IMG/VR virus record: IMGVR_UViG_3300017782_000009
Strand: one strand, 5' to 3'
Length of the DNA: 20,000 nt
Source of the DNA: an uncultured virus (IMG/VR IMGVR_UViG_3300017782_000009)
Taxonomy: Duplodnaviria > Heunggongvirae > Uroviricota > Caudoviricetes
Below, piece by piece: positions 1 to 9,077 of the stretch. Both the position numbers and the translations under genes were made by a program. The notes beneath the pieces are model-generated. The model was not told the DNA's origin. It searched no databases and saw only the letters and a program-made list of their open reading frames with translations. Position 1 is the stretch's first letter. Each line of letters starts with the position of its first letter.

Positions 1-1
1 C

Positions 2-313
2 TATAGAGTGTTACATGAAAATGGAAAAGAAGTAAAAGTAAAAGAATTAACAGTTGATCCAGGACAAAAATTATCTATGCAACGGCATCAACACAGGAGT
101 GAACATTGGTTTGTTAGTACAGGTACAGCAACCGTTTACACTTTAGATACATCAACTGATGTAGATTTATATGGAACATATAGAACACATGAGAGCTTAC
201 ATATACCGCAAGGCATGTGGCATCAGTTAGCAAATGAAACAACAGAACCGTTAACACTAGTTGAAATACAGTATGGTACTGAATGCGTGGAGGAAGACAT
301 TGAGCGAAGATAA
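2..313 (+). CDS. Cupin, mannose-6-phosphate isomerase type II C-terminal-like domain (5' partial)
   Basis: Frame is open from the window start (YRVLHE...). Motifs VKELTVDPGQKLSMQRHQHRSEHWFV, HIPQGMWHQLAN and VEIQYG..C.EEDIER match ManC/PMI-type cupins. Confidence 0.85.
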   Translation, partial: YRVLHENGKEVKVKELTVDPGQKLSMQRHQHRSEHWFVSTGTATVYTLDTSTDVDLYGTYRTHESLHIPQGMWHQLANETTEPLTLVEIQYGTECVEEDIERR

Positions 314-2003
314 AATAAAAAAACAAAAACCGTTAAAAGTTTATGTAGGCTGGGACTCTAGAGAGCCCATTGCTTTTGAGGTTTGTAAGGCAAGCATACT
401 AAAACATGCAACAGTACCAGTTAAAATTGTGCCGTTAAAAAGACATAATCTTGTAAGAGATAATATGTATTGGCGAGAAGAAGATGCACTGGCTAGTACA
501 GAATTTACATTTACTAGATTCTTAGTTCCAGACTTAATGGGTCACAGAGGCTGGGCATTGTTTATTGACTGTGACTTTTTATTCTTGACAGACATTAAAG
601 AATTGTTTGATCAGGTTAATGATAATTATGCTGTTATGTGTGTTCATCACGACTATACTCCTAAAGAAGGAGAAAAGATGGACGGACAAAAACAACTTAA
701 CTATCCACGTAAAAACTGGTCAAGTGCTGTATTATGGAATTGCGGTCATCCTGATAATAAAGTTGTTGACAAAGAGTTAGTTAACGATCCTACTATAGAC
801 GGCAAGTATATGCATAGATTTAGTTGGCTTACTGATGACAAAATAGGAAAGATTAGTCACGAATGGAATTGGTTAGTTGGTTGGTATAAGCCTGTACGTG
901 ACGGACAACCAAAAGCATTACATTACACTGAAGGCGGTCCTTGGTTTGATCAATATCGTAATTGTCCATTTAGTAAAGAATGGTATGAAGCACAAGCGGC
1001 TATGTACGAAGATAGAGTTAAAGAACTTACTCAAGAAGTAAAAGACTTAAAAAATAGAACAGTTGAGATAGACGAATTAACATTGCCTAAAGAAACTAAA
1101 ACATTACTAAATGCCTATTTACAAAATCTTATAGACCCAACAGAAGCAATTTACAAATCAAAAGAAACAATTAAACATATAACGGAGAAAAGAATGGGAG
1201 TAAAAGTAGCGGCTATCGCACCCGGCGCAGACGACTTTGATCTTGACAAGAAAGGATTAGAATATGATCCTTATTTGCAAGATTTCATTATAGGGTGTGG
1301 CGGTAACATTAGCGAGTTCAACTTGCAAGAAGGCACTAAAAACACCTTAGTTATAAGGGGTCTAGGTGGTGGAAGTCAGAAAGCATTAAAGTATTGTATA
1401 GAAAATAAAGTGGATTATTATGCAATTGATACAGGTTATTTACAACCGGGATCACGTAAAGACTACCACAGAGTCACAAGAAATAATCTACAAAACTTAG
1501 GTCCTATTGTTGATCGAGATTTAGATCGACTTGGCAAACTTAATTGGAAATGGCGTAAGCCTAGAAAAAATAATAAGAAGATTTTAATTTGTCCGCCAAG
1601 CGAAAAGGTAATGAAGTTTTACGGAGAAAACTTAGACGAGTGGTTAAAGAATACTGTTGACACAATTAAAACTTTAACTAATGCACCAATTGAAATTAGA
1701 AAGAAACCAGACAGACGTATACGTGTTACTACAGATACAATATGGGACGCACTTGATACAGCGTCATGCCTTGTAACGTATAACAGTATTGCAGCAACAG
1801 AAGCTGTACTACATAGCATACCTGCTATTGCACTAGCACCAAATGCAGCTTCAGTACTATGTAGTAATAACTTACGTGATGTTGTAAGACCAGAAGTACC
1901 TGAAAAAGAAGATGTTATAAGGTATGCGGCACATTTATCATACTGTCAATTTACAGCACAAGAATTAAGAACAGGCACTGCCTGGAAGTTACTTAATTCA
2001 TGA
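300..2003 (+). CDS. Two-domain glycosyltransferase: N-terminal GT8-like GT-A domain plus C-terminal KpsC/KpsS-like (capsule biosynthesis) domain
   Basis: N-terminal VYVGWDSRE, STEFTFTRFLVP, FIDCDFL (DxD), YPRKNWSS and LHYTEGGPW. The C-terminal half aligns by eye with ORFs 2000-2929 and 3806-4681. Likely start is TTG at 300, after GGAGG at 289-293. Confidence 0.8.
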   Translation: MSEDKIKKQKPLKVYVGWDSREPIAFEVCKASILKHATVPVKIVPLKRHNLVRDNMYWREEDALASTEFTFTRFLVPDLMGHRGWALFIDCDFLFLTDIKELFDQVNDNYAVMCVHHDYTPKEGEKMDGQKQLNYPRKNWSSAVLWNCGHPDNKVVDKELVNDPTIDGKYMHRFSWLTDDKIGKISHEWNWLVGWYKPVRDGQPKALHYTEGGPWFDQYRNCPFSKEWYEAQAAMYEDRVKELTQEVKDLKNRTVEIDELTLPKETKTLLNAYLQNLIDPTEAIYKSKETIKHITEKRMGVKVAAIAPGADDFDLDKKGLEYDPYLQDFIIGCGGNISEFNLQEGTKNTLVIRGLGGGSQKALKYCIENKVDYYAIDTGYLQPGSRKDYHRVTRNNLQNLGPIVDRDLDRLGKLNWKWRKPRKNNKKILICPPSEKVMKFYGENLDEWLKNTVDTIKTLTNAPIEIRKKPDRRIRVTTDTIWDALDTASCLVTYNSIAATEAVLHSIPAIALAPNAASVLCSNNLRDVVRPEVPEKEDVIRYAAHLSYCQFTAQELRTGTAWKLLNS

Positions 2004-2929
2004 AAGTTGTAAGTTATTTGAAAACTGTTCCTGCTGGAAACAGAAACCTGCAAAAACCTGAATTGTTAAGACAATTTGTTAACGGTGTTAATGCCGCTGG
2101 CGACATTGGTATTTTGCATGATCAAAATAACTTAATAGATTGTGACGTTGGTATGATTCAAGGTTGGGTCTATGACAAAACTACTACTGAGCATTTGCGT
2201 CTACGTAAAACAATTATAAAAACACAAAAACTTACTGGCAAACATTCTGCTACAGCAGATGCTAATTTATTTTTGTATCACGATAAAACAAACCCACATG
2301 GATATTTACGTTACAGTTTTAACGGCGTATTTCCTAGTACAGGAGAATATTGTGATAGCGAAATAGATCCTACACGGTGGACACAAATATCTCAAGATAC
2401 AGGAATAAAATTAGAACCATATAAATTAACAGGCGGCCATATTGTATTAATGTTACAACGAAATGGCGGCTGGAGTATGGGCGGACTAAATGTAGAAACG
2501 TGGGCACTAAAGACTATTGCTAATATAAGACGTTATACAGATAGACATATTATTATACGTTCACACCCTGGTGATCGATTTGCAAAGAATTATTTAAAAA
2601 CTCTACATGCTAACTTAAAAGGTCAGCCGTCGATATCAATATCAAAGATTGGTACACCTTACGAACAAGATATGCTTAATGCATGGGCAGTAGTTAATCA
2701 CAATAGTAGTGCAGCTGTTGGGCCTATTATAAACGGCTATCATTGTTTCTTAACTGACCCAAGAAATAGTCAGTGTTCTGAAGTATCAAATACAGACTTT
2801 AAACATATTGAAAAGCCATTAGAATATGATAGGGAACGTTGGTTACAACGTATTAGTATGATGCATTGGAAATTTAGTGAATTAACAAACGGATCTTGTT
2901 GGCGTCATATGAGACAGTTTATCTCCTAG
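2000..2929 (+). CDS. KpsC/KpsS-like putative glycosyltransferase (GT-B)
   Basis: ATGA overlap with the upstream gene. HIVLMLQ, IIIRSHP and AWAVVNHNSSAAVGPIING resemble the Q, HP and 'VxTxNSxxGxEAll.G' motifs of capsule-polysaccharide biosynthesis proteins. Confidence 0.6.
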   Translation: MKVVSYLKTVPAGNRNLQKPELLRQFVNGVNAAGDIGILHDQNNLIDCDVGMIQGWVYDKTTTEHLRLRKTIIKTQKLTGKHSATADANLFLYHDKTNPHGYLRYSFNGVFPSTGEYCDSEIDPTRWTQISQDTGIKLEPYKLTGGHIVLMLQRNGGWSMGGLNVETWALKTIANIRRYTDRHIIIRSHPGDRFAKNYLKTLHANLKGQPSISISKIGTPYEQDMLNAWAVVNHNSSAAVGPIINGYHCFLTDPRNSQCSEVSNTDFKHIEKPLEYDRERWLQRISMMHWKFSELTNGSCWRHMRQFIS

Positions 2930-3767
2930 TCCAATAGGACTCAGTTCTATTAACCATAATATCTTTAGGTAAACTTTTTCCTGTATTTTTACGATCACCT
3001 TTCATGTGATCAATCCATTTACCAAGTATAGTATTAATTAACGGATGTCCACCACCGCCTGTTTTTGCTTCTCGAAGATACATTTCTGCACTGTAATCAA
3101 ATGCATTAGGAAAGTCTGATTTAAATCTATTTAGAATATTACCAAACACAAAACTGTCATGCCATTCTTCTAATAAAAATATACCTTCTTCTGCTTGTTC
3201 ATATACACGTTCAAACTCTTTTAAGAACTCGTGACACACAGGATGATTAAGATTCATTCCATAAAATCCGCACTCTGGCCATGTCTGTGATCCTTTGCCT
3301 CGACCAACATATGTGATCCATTGATTATCTGGTAAGCATTCTTTAAACTCATTGTATGACCAATTACTGTGTACAAACGTATCTGCATCCATCCACACAC
3401 ACCAGCCCTTAGAGCGTTCACAAGCGTCATACACAGCATATGTCTTGTTAGCAAGGCGTATAGCGTCCCACTTAAATGCTTTATGGTGATCACGCGGTCT
3501 ACGTGCTTTAATATCTTCTGGAGGTATGCCGTTTGCTTTAGGTACATCTTTCCAACGCTCTTTAAAAGCATTTAGTTTAGGTAATGCTTCTTCTGCATTG
3601 AGTATCGTAATCTGTTCTGGATTAGGATTTATAGGGTTACAGTCCTCAGCATATACCAGTAACTTAATTCTACTATCAACTTTTTCTGCAAAACTATCTA
3701 AAAATCTTTGTCCGTATAATGTTAGTCCTGGTTGGTGAAAAGTTGTAACCACAGTTATGTCAGTCAT
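2919..3767 (-). CDS. GT-A fold nucleotide-sugar glycosyltransferase
   Basis: 282-aa ORF with ITVVTTF start, CVWMDADT (DxD), PECGF, WHDSFVF and IDHMKG. SD (GAGGA) upstream on the minus strand. Confidence 0.7.
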   Translation of the reverse strand: MTDITVVTTFHQPGLTLYGQRFLDSFAEKVDSRIKLLVYAEDCNPINPNPEQITILNAEEALPKLNAFKERWKDVPKANGIPPEDIKARRPRDHHKAFKWDAIRLANKTYAVYDACERSKGWCVWMDADTFVHSNWSYNEFKECLPDNQWITYVGRGKGSQTWPECGFYGMNLNHPVCHEFLKEFERVYEQAEEGIFLLEEWHDSFVFGNILNRFKSDFPNAFDYSAEMYLREAKTGGGGHPLINTILGKWIDHMKGDRKNTGKSLPKDIMVNRTESYWTRR

Positions 3768-3779
3768 TCGTTAATCCTC

Positions 3780-3803
3780 TTAAATACTATATAAGGTATT
3801 TAA
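3780..3803. promoter_or_regulatory. Overlapping divergent T4-late-like promoters (TAAATA on both strands)
   Basis: TTAAATAC (3780-3787) and GTATTTAA (3796-3803) form a perfect 8-bp inverted repeat in the 38-bp gap between divergent genes. Confidence 0.6.
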
Positions 3804-3805
3804 CA

Positions 3806-4681
3806 ATGATTTTTTGTCTCTACACTGATTATGGCGCACTAAATAGCAAGCCAATTTTTGAAGCATTTGCCAAAAGTGTGACCGACGCTGGCCATACAGT
3901 CATATATAATGAGCCCTATAGAGTTATGTCGCATTATGAAAACTATGACGTTGCCGTTATATGGAGTGTTCTATGGAACGGACGAATGGCACAAAACAAG
4001 ACGGTATGGGAACAGAATCGTTTATTAGATAGACCGGTTATCGTATTAGAAGTAGGCGGCATAAAAAGAGGCACAACATGGAAGGTTGGATTAAATGGCA
4101 TTAACAAAGATGCTTATTTTGGCAACGCTACTCGAGGTAGTAATCGTGCTGAACGCTTTGGCTTAGAACTTAAACCTTGGCGAACTGAAGGCGAATATAT
4201 TCTTATTTGTGGGCAACACGACAAGAGTCTGCAATGGGCAGGCATGCCTCCAATGAGCCAATGGGTTCAAAAGACTATTACAGAAATACAACAATATACA
4301 AATCGTCCTATAATATTTAGGCCTCATCCTAGATGTCCATTGCCCCATATAGAACACGAATTTAAAAACGTATTAAGGCAAGACCCACGTAAACTTACAG
4401 GCACATATGACGACTTTGATATGAAGTTTGACAACATATGGGCTACAGTAAGTTGGTCTAGTAATCCAGGCATACACAGTATTATAAACGGTGTACCTGC
4501 ATTTGTAGGACCATCAAGTTTAGCATGGAATGTTGCTAATGCACCATTAGAAGATATTGAAAATCCACACATGGGTGCAAGACAAGAATGGCTTGAAGAG
4601 TATGCACACACTGAACATACTATAGATGAAATAGCACAAGGTATTCCGTTAAATCACTTATTAAACCAATTATCTTCTTGA
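3806..4681 (+). CDS. KpsC/KpsS-like putative glycosyltransferase (GT-B)
   Basis: YILICGQHDKS, IIFRPHP and TVSWSSNPGIHSIINGVPAF. Paralog of 2000-2929. Confidence 0.6.
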   Translation: MIFCLYTDYGALNSKPIFEAFAKSVTDAGHTVIYNEPYRVMSHYENYDVAVIWSVLWNGRMAQNKTVWEQNRLLDRPVIVLEVGGIKRGTTWKVGLNGINKDAYFGNATRGSNRAERFGLELKPWRTEGEYILICGQHDKSLQWAGMPPMSQWVQKTITEIQQYTNRPIIFRPHPRCPLPHIEHEFKNVLRQDPRKLTGTYDDFDMKFDNIWATVSWSSNPGIHSIINGVPAFVGPSSLAWNVANAPLEDIENPHMGARQEWLEEYAHTEHTIDEIAQGIPLNHLLNQLSS

Positions 4682-4706
4682 CTTTACAAGCATTTTGTTA
4701 TAAAAT
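4678..4706 (+). promoter_or_regulatory. Sigma70-type promoter
   Basis: TTGACT (4678-4683), 17-bp spacer, TAAAAT (4701-4706). AGGAG SD at 4721-4725. Confidence 0.7.
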
Positions 4707-4729
4707 ATATGTATTAGTTGAGGAGAACT

Positions 4730-5941
4730 ATGCCCATGAAAACTTGCGAAGATTGCTTAGAGTTATTAATAGGACTACATACAGGTCCTAAGTTCGATGT
4801 TGAATCGCCAGATGTTAATTTTCTAGGTAGTATTGCTAGACAAACTTTTAGAGGTATTGGTTTTACAGATCGTCAATATGAAGCCGTTAAAGAAAAATTA
4901 ACAGGAACATATCGATCACAATTTGTAGAACATAATATAGATCTTAATGAGTGTATTAAAACATTAAGGGTTCCGTTAAGAAAGTTAGATCGAGCAAAAT
5001 GGATCAAAGTAATTGACAACGGGCAGGATGAACCTTATATTGGTGTACGATTTGTTTTTAGTAAAAAATTAATTGCTAAAAAAGAAAATCTAAAAAACAA
5101 AGTTGTGCATCTTGGATACGATAAAATTGAAAAGGTACATTCGTTCCAACTAACTGAATCTGCTATCTATCAAATAATAGAAGAATTTAAAAATTCGCAC
5201 TTTGATATTGAAGAGCAATTACTTAACCAACATAGGAAAATAACAGAAATAATGCAAAACAAGAATGACTATATTCCTGGTATATATAATTTTAATCTTA
5301 AGAACTTACATCAGAACGGTGTTAACTACGTTGTGTCAGCGTTAGGAGAACCAACGCCTAATAACTTATATAAGTTTTATGATAGAAGAGAATTACTAGG
5401 CCTATCTCACTTTGATCAAAATGACTTAGAACAAACTTTAAAATCTTTACTGCCATTAACTAAACGATTAATTCAACGAGAACAAACACACGTCTTAGTT
5501 AAGCCATCTGAATTTACTATTCATAATTTAGTAGAAACTATACTAGAATTATTTCGCTTTCCATTAGTAATTGTTCTAAATGAAAAGTATGCAAGAGACG
5601 AGCTTTACGAATTTAATAGAGCATTTAACGGAATCATACCAAGTGATAATATGTCTGTTATGTTTAGATTAGAAAATAAAGAACCTGATGCAGTAGAGTT
5701 TAATCGCTATATCAAAGAGAATAATTTAAACAATCCGGTTGACAAAAATACCAAAATAGTGTATATTAGTAATAATAAAGTTCCAAAACCGTTATTGACA
5801 TCTGACTGGGTGCCGATCACAGGCATTACAACTGAATCAAGGCAACCACCTAAGATAGAAACTTATTTAGGTGCTCTTGATTTAGTAATGCATTACGACA
5901 ACGATGTAGTTTGGAGAGGAAGTACAGTAGAAAAAATATGA
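4730..5941 (+). CDS. Hypothetical protein (about 400 aa) coupled to the uvsW-like gene
   Basis: Long ORF with promoter and SD; start is ATG 4730 or 4736. Its stop overlaps the helicase ATG (ATGA). No recognised catalytic motif. Confidence 0.8.
   Translation: MPMKTCEDCLELLIGLHTGPKFDVESPDVNFLGSIARQTFRGIGFTDRQYEAVKEKLTGTYRSQFVEHNIDLNECIKTLRVPLRKLDRAKWIKVIDNGQDEPYIGVRFVFSKKLIAKKENLKNKVVHLGYDKIEKVHSFQLTESAIYQIIEEFKNSHFDIEEQLLNQHRKITEIMQNKNDYIPGIYNFNLKNLHQNGVNYVVSALGEPTPNNLYKFYDRRELLGLSHFDQNDLEQTLKSLLPLTKRLIQREQTHVLVKPSEFTIHNLVETILELFRFPLVIVLNEKYARDELYEFNRAFNGIIPSDNMSVMFRLENKEPDAVEFNRYIKENNLNNPVDKNTKIVYISNNKVPKPLLTSDWVPITGITTESRQPPKIETYLGALDLVMHYDNDVVWRGSTVEKI
5739..5767 (+). promoter_or_regulatory. 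Sigma70-type promoter embedded in a coding region, upstream of uvsW
   Basis: TTGACA (5739-5744), 17-bp spacer, TATATT (5762-5767). Confidence 0.6.
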
Positions 5942-7398
5942 GTTGTAGATTAATAATACAAGACGAAGTAAACATTAAACTAGAAGGTTTAGATGTAGAT
6001 GTACGCCGTAAATTATCAAATGCATTGAAGTTTGAAGTACCATATGCAAGGTATATGCCGCAATATAAACTAGGTCGTTGGGACGGCAAGGTTGCATTTT
6101 TTGGTATAGGTGGTACAGGTTATGTTAATCATTTAGACACAGTAGTTTCAATATTACAAAAAGAAAATGTTGAAATAGTAGACATTGTAGATCAAAGACA
6201 TCCTATTCAATTAAACTTCACCCCAGTAACAAAAGATTACTGGAAGGATCAAGGCATCCAATGGCCCGAAGGTCACCCTGCAGAAGGTGAAGACATTATT
6301 CTACGTGATTACCAAGTTGAAGCCATCAACAACTTCCTTGATAATCCGCAGAGCTTGCAACAGATTGCAACTGGTGCAGGTAAAACTATTACCACAGCAA
6401 CATTAAGTCATATCAGTGAGCCTTACGGACGTAGTCTTGTAATTGTGCCAAATAAATCTCTTGTTGAACAAACGGAAGAGGATTATATAAACTGTGGACT
6501 CGACGTCGGTGTATACTTTGGTGATAGGAAACAACTTGGCAAGACTCATACTATTTGTACTTGGCAGAGCTTAAACATCTTAGATAAGAAAACTAAAGAT
6601 GGTTCTGCTGTGCTGAGTCTTGCTGAATTTTTAGAAGGTGTAAGCACAATTATTATTGACGAAGTACACCAAGCAAAAGCAGAAGTATTAAAAAAATTAC
6701 TTACACAAAACTTACGTAATGCTCCAATACGTTGGGGACTTACTGGAACTATTCCAAAAGAAAAGTTTGAGTTTGAAAGTATACATGCAAGTATTGGACC
6801 AGTTATTGGACATATTACTGCAAAAGAATTACAAGACAAAGGCGTACTTGCTGAATGTCATGTTAATGTAGTACAGTTAATCGATGTTGTTGAACACAGA
6901 GATTATCAATCAGAATTAAAATATCTAGTAACAGATAGTAATAGATTAGAATATATAGGCAAATTATTAAACACAGTTTCTCAGTCAGGCAATACTTTAA
7001 TATTAGTAGATAGAATTAGTGCAGGACAACAGTTAGCAGAGCTTATTCCTGGTAGCACATTTGTTAGTGGCACAGTTAAGGTTAAAGACAGAAAAGAAAC
7101 ATACGACGAGATTAAGGAAGGTACTAACAAAGTTATTATTGCTACATATGGTGTAGCGGCTGTTGGTCTTAACATTCCTAGAATTTTCAATCTTGTACTT
7201 ATTGAACCCGGCAAAAGTTTTGTTAGGGTTATACAAAGTATAGGTAGAGGCGTAAGAAAGGCAAAGGACAAGGACTTCGTACAAATATGGGATTTAACAT
7301 CTACATGTAAGTATGCGAAGAGACATTTAACACAACGAAAAAAATTCTATAAGGAAGCACAATATCCTTTCACTATAGAAAAAGTAGAATGGAACTAA
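5938..7398 (+). CDS. uvsW: SF2 DNA helicase, T4 UvsW-like
   Basis: LRDYQ Q-motif, Walker A ATGAGKT, DEVH, GLTGT, motif V VGLNIP and motif VI QSIGRGVR. ATG at 5938. Confidence 0.9.
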   Translation: MSCRLIIQDEVNIKLEGLDVDVRRKLSNALKFEVPYARYMPQYKLGRWDGKVAFFGIGGTGYVNHLDTVVSILQKENVEIVDIVDQRHPIQLNFTPVTKDYWKDQGIQWPEGHPAEGEDIILRDYQVEAINNFLDNPQSLQQIATGAGKTITTATLSHISEPYGRSLVIVPNKSLVEQTEEDYINCGLDVGVYFGDRKQLGKTHTICTWQSLNILDKKTKDGSAVLSLAEFLEGVSTIIIDEVHQAKAEVLKKLLTQNLRNAPIRWGLTGTIPKEKFEFESIHASIGPVIGHITAKELQDKGVLAECHVNVVQLIDVVEHRDYQSELKYLVTDSNRLEYIGKLLNTVSQSGNTLILVDRISAGQQLAELIPGSTFVSGTVKVKDRKETYDEIKEGTNKVIIATYGVAAVGLNIPRIFNLVLIEPGKSFVRVIQSIGRGVRKAKDKDFVQIWDLTSTCKYAKRHLTQRKKFYKEAQYPFTIEKVEWN

Positions 7399-7401
7399 CA
7401 T

Positions 7402-7908
7402 ATGAGAATATTAACGCTAGAAAATAAATCGTTTGAACTAAACGATATGCCAGAACAGATTGAAGATGAAATACGATTTGCTGTATTAGATAACAGTGAC
7501 CCAAAAGAAACAGATTTCTTTTTTGTACCAATGATCTTTTTAGAATCATTTAGTGCGCCAGCAATGGTAATGGAAATTAATGGAAAAGAAATAATGATGC
7601 CAGTTGATTGGAGCATTGCAGTAGGTGATAGTGAAAGTGGATCTGACTTAGAAGTACTACCACTAACAAGTATTAATGATAGAGGATTTGAAGCATTCCT
7701 CTTTAATCCGTTAACAAGTTTTAAAGTTGACTTTGGCACTGTAAAGATTACTAACTTTTACTCAGATGTAAAATGGTATTTTCCAAAAGTAAAGAACGGA
7801 CAGTTACTTTCAATACCTATTACAGAAGGCGACAATCCTTTGTGTGCATTTTTTATTAAAGAGATAAGCAGACAAAGTGAAGTTATAGACTTTGGTCAGT
7901 TATTATAA
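7402..7908 (+). CDS. Hypothetical beta-rich protein, possibly a degenerate Hint (intein-like) fold
   Basis: 168-aa ORF. The strand pattern resembles Hint blocks but the catalytic residues are missing (see findings). The ORF itself is well supported; the fold call is tentative. Confidence 0.6.
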   Translation: MRILTLENKSFELNDMPEQIEDEIRFAVLDNSDPKETDFFFVPMIFLESFSAPAMVMEINGKEIMMPVDWSIAVGDSESGSDLEVLPLTSINDRGFEAFLFNPLTSFKVDFGTVKITNFYSDVKWYFPKVKNGQLLSIPITEGDNPLCAFFIKEISRQSEVIDFGQLL

Positions 7909-7918
7909 GGAGAAACAC

Positions 7919-8275
7919 ATGACTTTAAAAGCAGGAAAAATATGGGGTCAAACAGAACTGATTCACGCAAACGGTGTACTAGAGTTTCATCGTATTGAAT
8001 ATAAAGGCGGATTTAAATGTTCAGAACACGAACACAAATTTAAATGGAACGGCTTCTTTGTTGAGTCAGGCAAGATGTTAGTACGTGTTTGGCAAGACGA
8101 TCAAGAAGGATTAGTTGACGAAACTATTTTAAATCCAGGAGACTTTATGCAAGTAAAGCCAGGCAAAGTACATCAGTTTGAAGGAATAGAAGATGGTGTA
8201 GCATTTGAACTATACTGGGCAGAGTTTAATCACGATGATATTGTTAGACGTACAGTAGGAAGTCCAGTTAAGTAA
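7919..8275 (+). CDS. Cupin-domain protein (sugar isomerase-like)
   Basis: AAGGAG SD, then ATG 7919. KIWG, CSEHEHKFKWNGFFVESG and VKPGKVHQF cupin motifs. Confidence 0.8.
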   Translation: MTLKAGKIWGQTELIHANGVLEFHRIEYKGGFKCSEHEHKFKWNGFFVESGKMLVRVWQDDQEGLVDETILNPGDFMQVKPGKVHQFEGIEDGVAFELYWAEFNHDDIVRRTVGSPVK

Positions 8276-8802
8276 TGTACAGTAAAAAGTACATAGAAGA
8301 GCTTCGTATAATACATGCTGACAAAACACGACTCAAAGGGTTTGGCGGCAAGATGAAAGACTTAGGTGAATTTCATACTTACATGGACAAATGGAATCCT
8401 TCTAGTGTACTCGACTATGGCTGTGGTAAAGGTACTATACTTGGTAAATTAAAAGAACAGTATCCAGACACAGGCTTTGCAGGATATGATCCTGCTGTAG
8501 TTTATTATGCAAATGGTGCAACTGAAGTAGACTGTGTATTCAGCAACGATGTATTAGAACACATTGAGCCTGAATTTATTGGGCAAGTATTACATCATAT
8601 AGATACACTTGCTAACAAGTACATATGGTTGCGTATAGATACCCTACCAGCTCGTAAAAGATTATCAGACGGTCGCAACGCTCATTTAATAATTGAAGAC
8701 CAAGACTGGTGGACTGAAATGATACAGCACAGCATAGACGGAATTGTGGTTTATAATAATGTTAATAAAAAAGGTAAACTAGATGTCGCAATCGAAAAAT
8801 AA
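8275..8802 (+). CDS. Class I SAM-dependent methyltransferase
   Basis: VLDYGCGKG motif I, GYDP and DVLEHIEP. TAATG coupling to the cupin gene. Confidence 0.85.
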   Translation: MYSKKYIEELRIIHADKTRLKGFGGKMKDLGEFHTYMDKWNPSSVLDYGCGKGTILGKLKEQYPDTGFAGYDPAVVYYANGATEVDCVFSNDVLEHIEPEFIGQVLHHIDTLANKYIWLRIDTLPARKRLSDGRNAHLIIEDQDWWTEMIQHSIDGIVVYNNVNKKGKLDVAIEK

Positions 8803-9064
8803 AATGGTGCCAGGTGCCGCACTAATATACGAACGCACCGACGGAGTTGTATATGCAAGATATAGAGACGCACCTCATAATAAATTACCACGTTGGATTA
8901 TAGGTGGTGACCCAGCAGGGGTTGCTAGAGCACAAGGCGATTTATTAAGTTATGCTGAATGGCAAGAATTGTGCGAACTATCAGAAGTTTATCCAACTTT
9001 AAAAAAGTTATTAGATCAACTAGTAACAACATACTATACTGTTAAAGAAACTCGACATAACTGA
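8783..9064 (+). CDS. Hypothetical protein
   Basis: 93-aa ORF filling the operon gap, AAGG upstream. Confidence 0.7.
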   Translation: MSQSKNKMVPGAALIYERTDGVVYARYRDAPHNKLPRWIIGGDPAGVARAQGDLLSYAEWQELCELSEVYPTLKKLLDQLVTTYYTVKETRHN

Positions 9065-9077
9065 GTAAGGGGTTAAT

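Noticed and set aside
7402..7908. Active intein or mobile element in uvsW
   Set aside because: It is a separate ORF after a complete helicase, with no Cys/Ser1, no TxxH, no His-Asn and no endonuclease motifs.
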